64,000 bases of DNA from an uncultured Acidobacteriota bacterium. Lineage in GTDB: Bacteria; Acidobacteriota; Terriglobia; UBA7540. Below are positions 60,744-64,000 of this stretch, piece by piece (positions within the stretch are counted from its first letter, which is position 1; each line of letters opens with the position of its first letter). The notes beneath the pieces were generated by a model. That model was given only the letters and a program-made list of their open reading frames with translations. It ran no database searches and was not told the DNA's origin. The stretch is from NCBI GenBank assembly GCA_963804995.1, contig CAWDSK010000006.1:1216001-1280000 (forward strand), written 5' to 3'. The position numbers and the translations under genes were made by a program.

Positions 60744-61909
60744 ACCTTCCTCTTTATCTCGACAATCACGCCACCACGGCGGTTGACCGGCGCGTAGCGG
60801 CGGCCATGCTGCCCTATTTCACCGAAGCCTTTGGCAACCCGGCGAGCCGGAGCCACAAATTCGGATGGGCGGCGGCGAATGCGGTTGAGACCGCGCGCAA
60901 GCAAGTGGCGCGGCTGATTAACGCCAGCGTAAAGGAAATCGTCTTCACCTCAGGTGCGACAGAGTCCGACAACCTGGCCCTCAAGGGAGTGGCGCACCAT
61001 TACCGCGGGCGCGGCAACCACCTGATCACCCTGCCCACGGAGCACAAGGCGGTGGTCGACTCCGCCAAGCGCCTGGAGCAGGAAGGTTTTCGCGTAACCT
61101 ACGCGCGCCTGCATCCGGACGGTCTGGTGGACCTGGACGATTTGAAGCAAGCCATCACCTCCGACACCCTGCTGGTCAGCATCATGGCGGCGAATAACGA
61201 AATCGGAGTGCTCCAGCCGCTCACGGAAATCGGCCGCATGTGCCGCGAGCATGGCGTGTTGTTTCACACGGACGCCGCGCAGGCTGCCGGCAAGATTCCG
61301 CTCAACGTTGAGGCGATGCAAATCGATCTGCTCTCCATTGCCGGTCACAAGATGTACGGACCGAAAGGGGTCGGAGCTCTCTACGTGCGGCAGTGCGGCA
61401 CTCCGGTAGAGCTTACGCCTCTGTTGGACGGTGGCGGCCACGAGGGTGGTTGGCGCTCCGGAACCCTGAATGTGCCGGGAATCGTGGGCCTGGGCAAAGC
61501 CTGCGAAATCTGCCGCGAGGTGATGCCGGAAGAATCAAGGCGCCTGGCCTCCCTGCGCGACCGGCTGAAGGATGGCTTGCTGGCGGGGCTTGAGGGCATT
61601 CACATCAACGGCAGTCTCGAGCACCGTCTGCCGAACAATTTGAATGTCAGCTTCCCGGGCGTCGAGGTCGCGACGCTGATGATGGAATTGAACGATATCG
61701 CGCTTTCCTCGGGATCGGCCTGCACCTCGGCGACTCCCGAGCCCTCTTATGTGCTGAAGGCTTTGGGCGTGCCCGAGGAGTTGGCCCAAACGCCGCTGCG
61801 CTTCGGCCTCGGCCGGTTCAACACGGAAGAGGAAATCGATTACACCATCCGCCGCGTGGTGGATAGCGTAAAGAGGCTAAGGGAAATGGCGGGAACGACG
61901 GCGGCGTGA
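60740..61909 (+). CDS. iscS: Cysteine desulfurase (IscS type)
   Basis: [48 protein letters not shown]. Confidence 0.95.
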   Translation: MNLPLYLDNHATTAVDRRVAAAMLPYFTEAFGNPASRSHKFGWAAANAVETARKQVARLINASVKEIVFTSGATESDNLALKGVAHHYRGRGNHLITLPTEHKAVVDSAKRLEQEGFRVTYARLHPDGLVDLDDLKQAITSDTLLVSIMAANNEIGVLQPLTEIGRMCREHGVLFHTDAAQAAGKIPLNVEAMQIDLLSIAGHKMYGPKGVGALYVRQCGTPVELTPLLDGGGHEGGWRSGTLNVPGIVGLGKACEICREVMPEESRRLASLRDRLKDGLLAGLEGIHINGSLEHRLPNNLNVSFPGVEVATLMMELNDIALSSGSACTSATPEPSYVLKALGVPEELAQTPLRFGLGRFNTEEEIDYTIRRVVDSVKRLREMAGTTAA

Positions 61910-61920
61910 GGCCAAAGAAC

Positions 61921-62116
61921 AAGGCAAAAGGCAAAACGCAAAAGTCAAAAGGCAAAAGTAAGAAACAAGGCAAGAGTGAAGGACAAGGCAGGAGTGAGAA
62001 GCAAGTGAAAAGGCAAATACAGACAGCAAGGCAAATGGCAAAGCCGCGGGTTGGATCGCAGGCCCTTATGGGATTTTCACTTTTGCCTTTTGACTTTTGC
62101 GTTTTGCCTTTTGCCT
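61921..62116. repeat. Inverted heptamer array (GCAAAAG / CTTTTGC) between iscS and sufB
   Basis: Tandem 7-mers on both arms; the same family occurs at 27296-27348. Confidence 0.88.
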
Positions 62117-62149
62117 TCGCTCTTCCTGCTTTGCCTTGAAGGAGGATAA

Positions 62150-63598
<1,449 letters not shown>

Positions 63599-63675
63599 TT
63601 TTGAATTATGAATTCTGAATTCTGAATTGGGAGTTATCAGTTATCAGTTCTGAGTTATGAGTTTTGAAGAATTGC

Positions 63676-63761
63676 TTTTTTCACCGCAGAGGCGCTGAGA
63701 CGCAGAGGTTTGAAAACAAACAGTCCCTTCTCTGCGTCTCAGCGCCTCTGCGGTGAAAAAA
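63676..63761. repeat. CACCGCAGAGGCGCTGAG palindrome (inner module of the 39889-40088 element), preceded by heptamer arrays at 63597-63667
   Basis: Long near-perfect inverted repeat with A/T-tract ends. Confidence 0.85.
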
Positions 63762-63786
63762 CAGCAATAAAGAAACGGCAACATCC

Positions 63787-64000
63787 ATGTCCAAACTTTC
63801 AGACATCGTCCTGGCTTTGACGCGCATTGTTTTTGCCTTCCTGTTCGCCTGTCACGGCGCTCAGAAGCTGTTTGGCCTCTTTGGGGGGAATCCGGCGCTG
63901 AACAATCCCTGGACCCTCACGGCGGGAATCCTGGAGTTGGCCGGCGGGCTGTTCATCGCCTTGGGACTCTTCACTCGAGCCGTGGCTTTCGTACTGAGTG
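63787..64000 (+). CDS. DoxX family membrane protein (partial, runs off the window)
   Basis: Manual translation: MSKLSDIVLALTRIVFAFLFACHGAQKLFG...AGILELAGGLFIALGLFTR. Confidence 0.85.
   Translation, partial: MSKLSDIVLALTRIVFAFLFACHGAQKLFGLFGGNPALNNPWTLTAGILELAGGLFIALGLFTRAVAFVLS

Overview
A 64-kb chromosomal window from a GC-rich diderm bacterium. Gene content and style suggest Acidobacteriota (Terriglobia-like); this is inference. The left part (1-27 kb) is mostly housekeeping: chdC-like, nth, GH30, DegT, ispH, SDRs, tsaE, nnr, PP2C, two APC permeases, thiE, accBC, an M24 peptidase and an HTH-led pilMNOPQ operon. It is interrupted by a GIY-YIG nuclease gene inside a composite REP/30-bp tandem-repeat element. 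The centre (29-45.5 kb) is a co-oriented lipid-type biosynthetic cluster: class III aminotransferase, HAD phosphatase, PaaK-like ligase, MGDG-synthase-like glycosyltransferase, FabF, ACP, receiver protein, deacetylase, radical SAM, NtrC-type activator and histidine kinase. It has a clear sigma-54 -24/-12 promoter, and I propose it makes a glycosylated N-acyl-aminopolyol (serinol-type) lipid. Then come polX, a toxin-antitoxin array whose modules are separated by a conserved ~62-bp hairpin direct repeat, orphan genes, a 5'-truncated Ser/Thr kinase with in-frame REP-derived peptide repeats, a repeat-rich desert, a Tat beta-helix protein, a radical SAM and an Rrf2-iscS-sufB Fe-S operon with an IscR-type operator. 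Intergenic DNA is full of nested REP/MITE-like palindromes and heptamer arrays. Several single-base insertions (polX, fabF, kinase) look like sequencing error, so disruptions need read-level checking. I found no rRNA, tRNA, CRISPR array, integrase or transposase.
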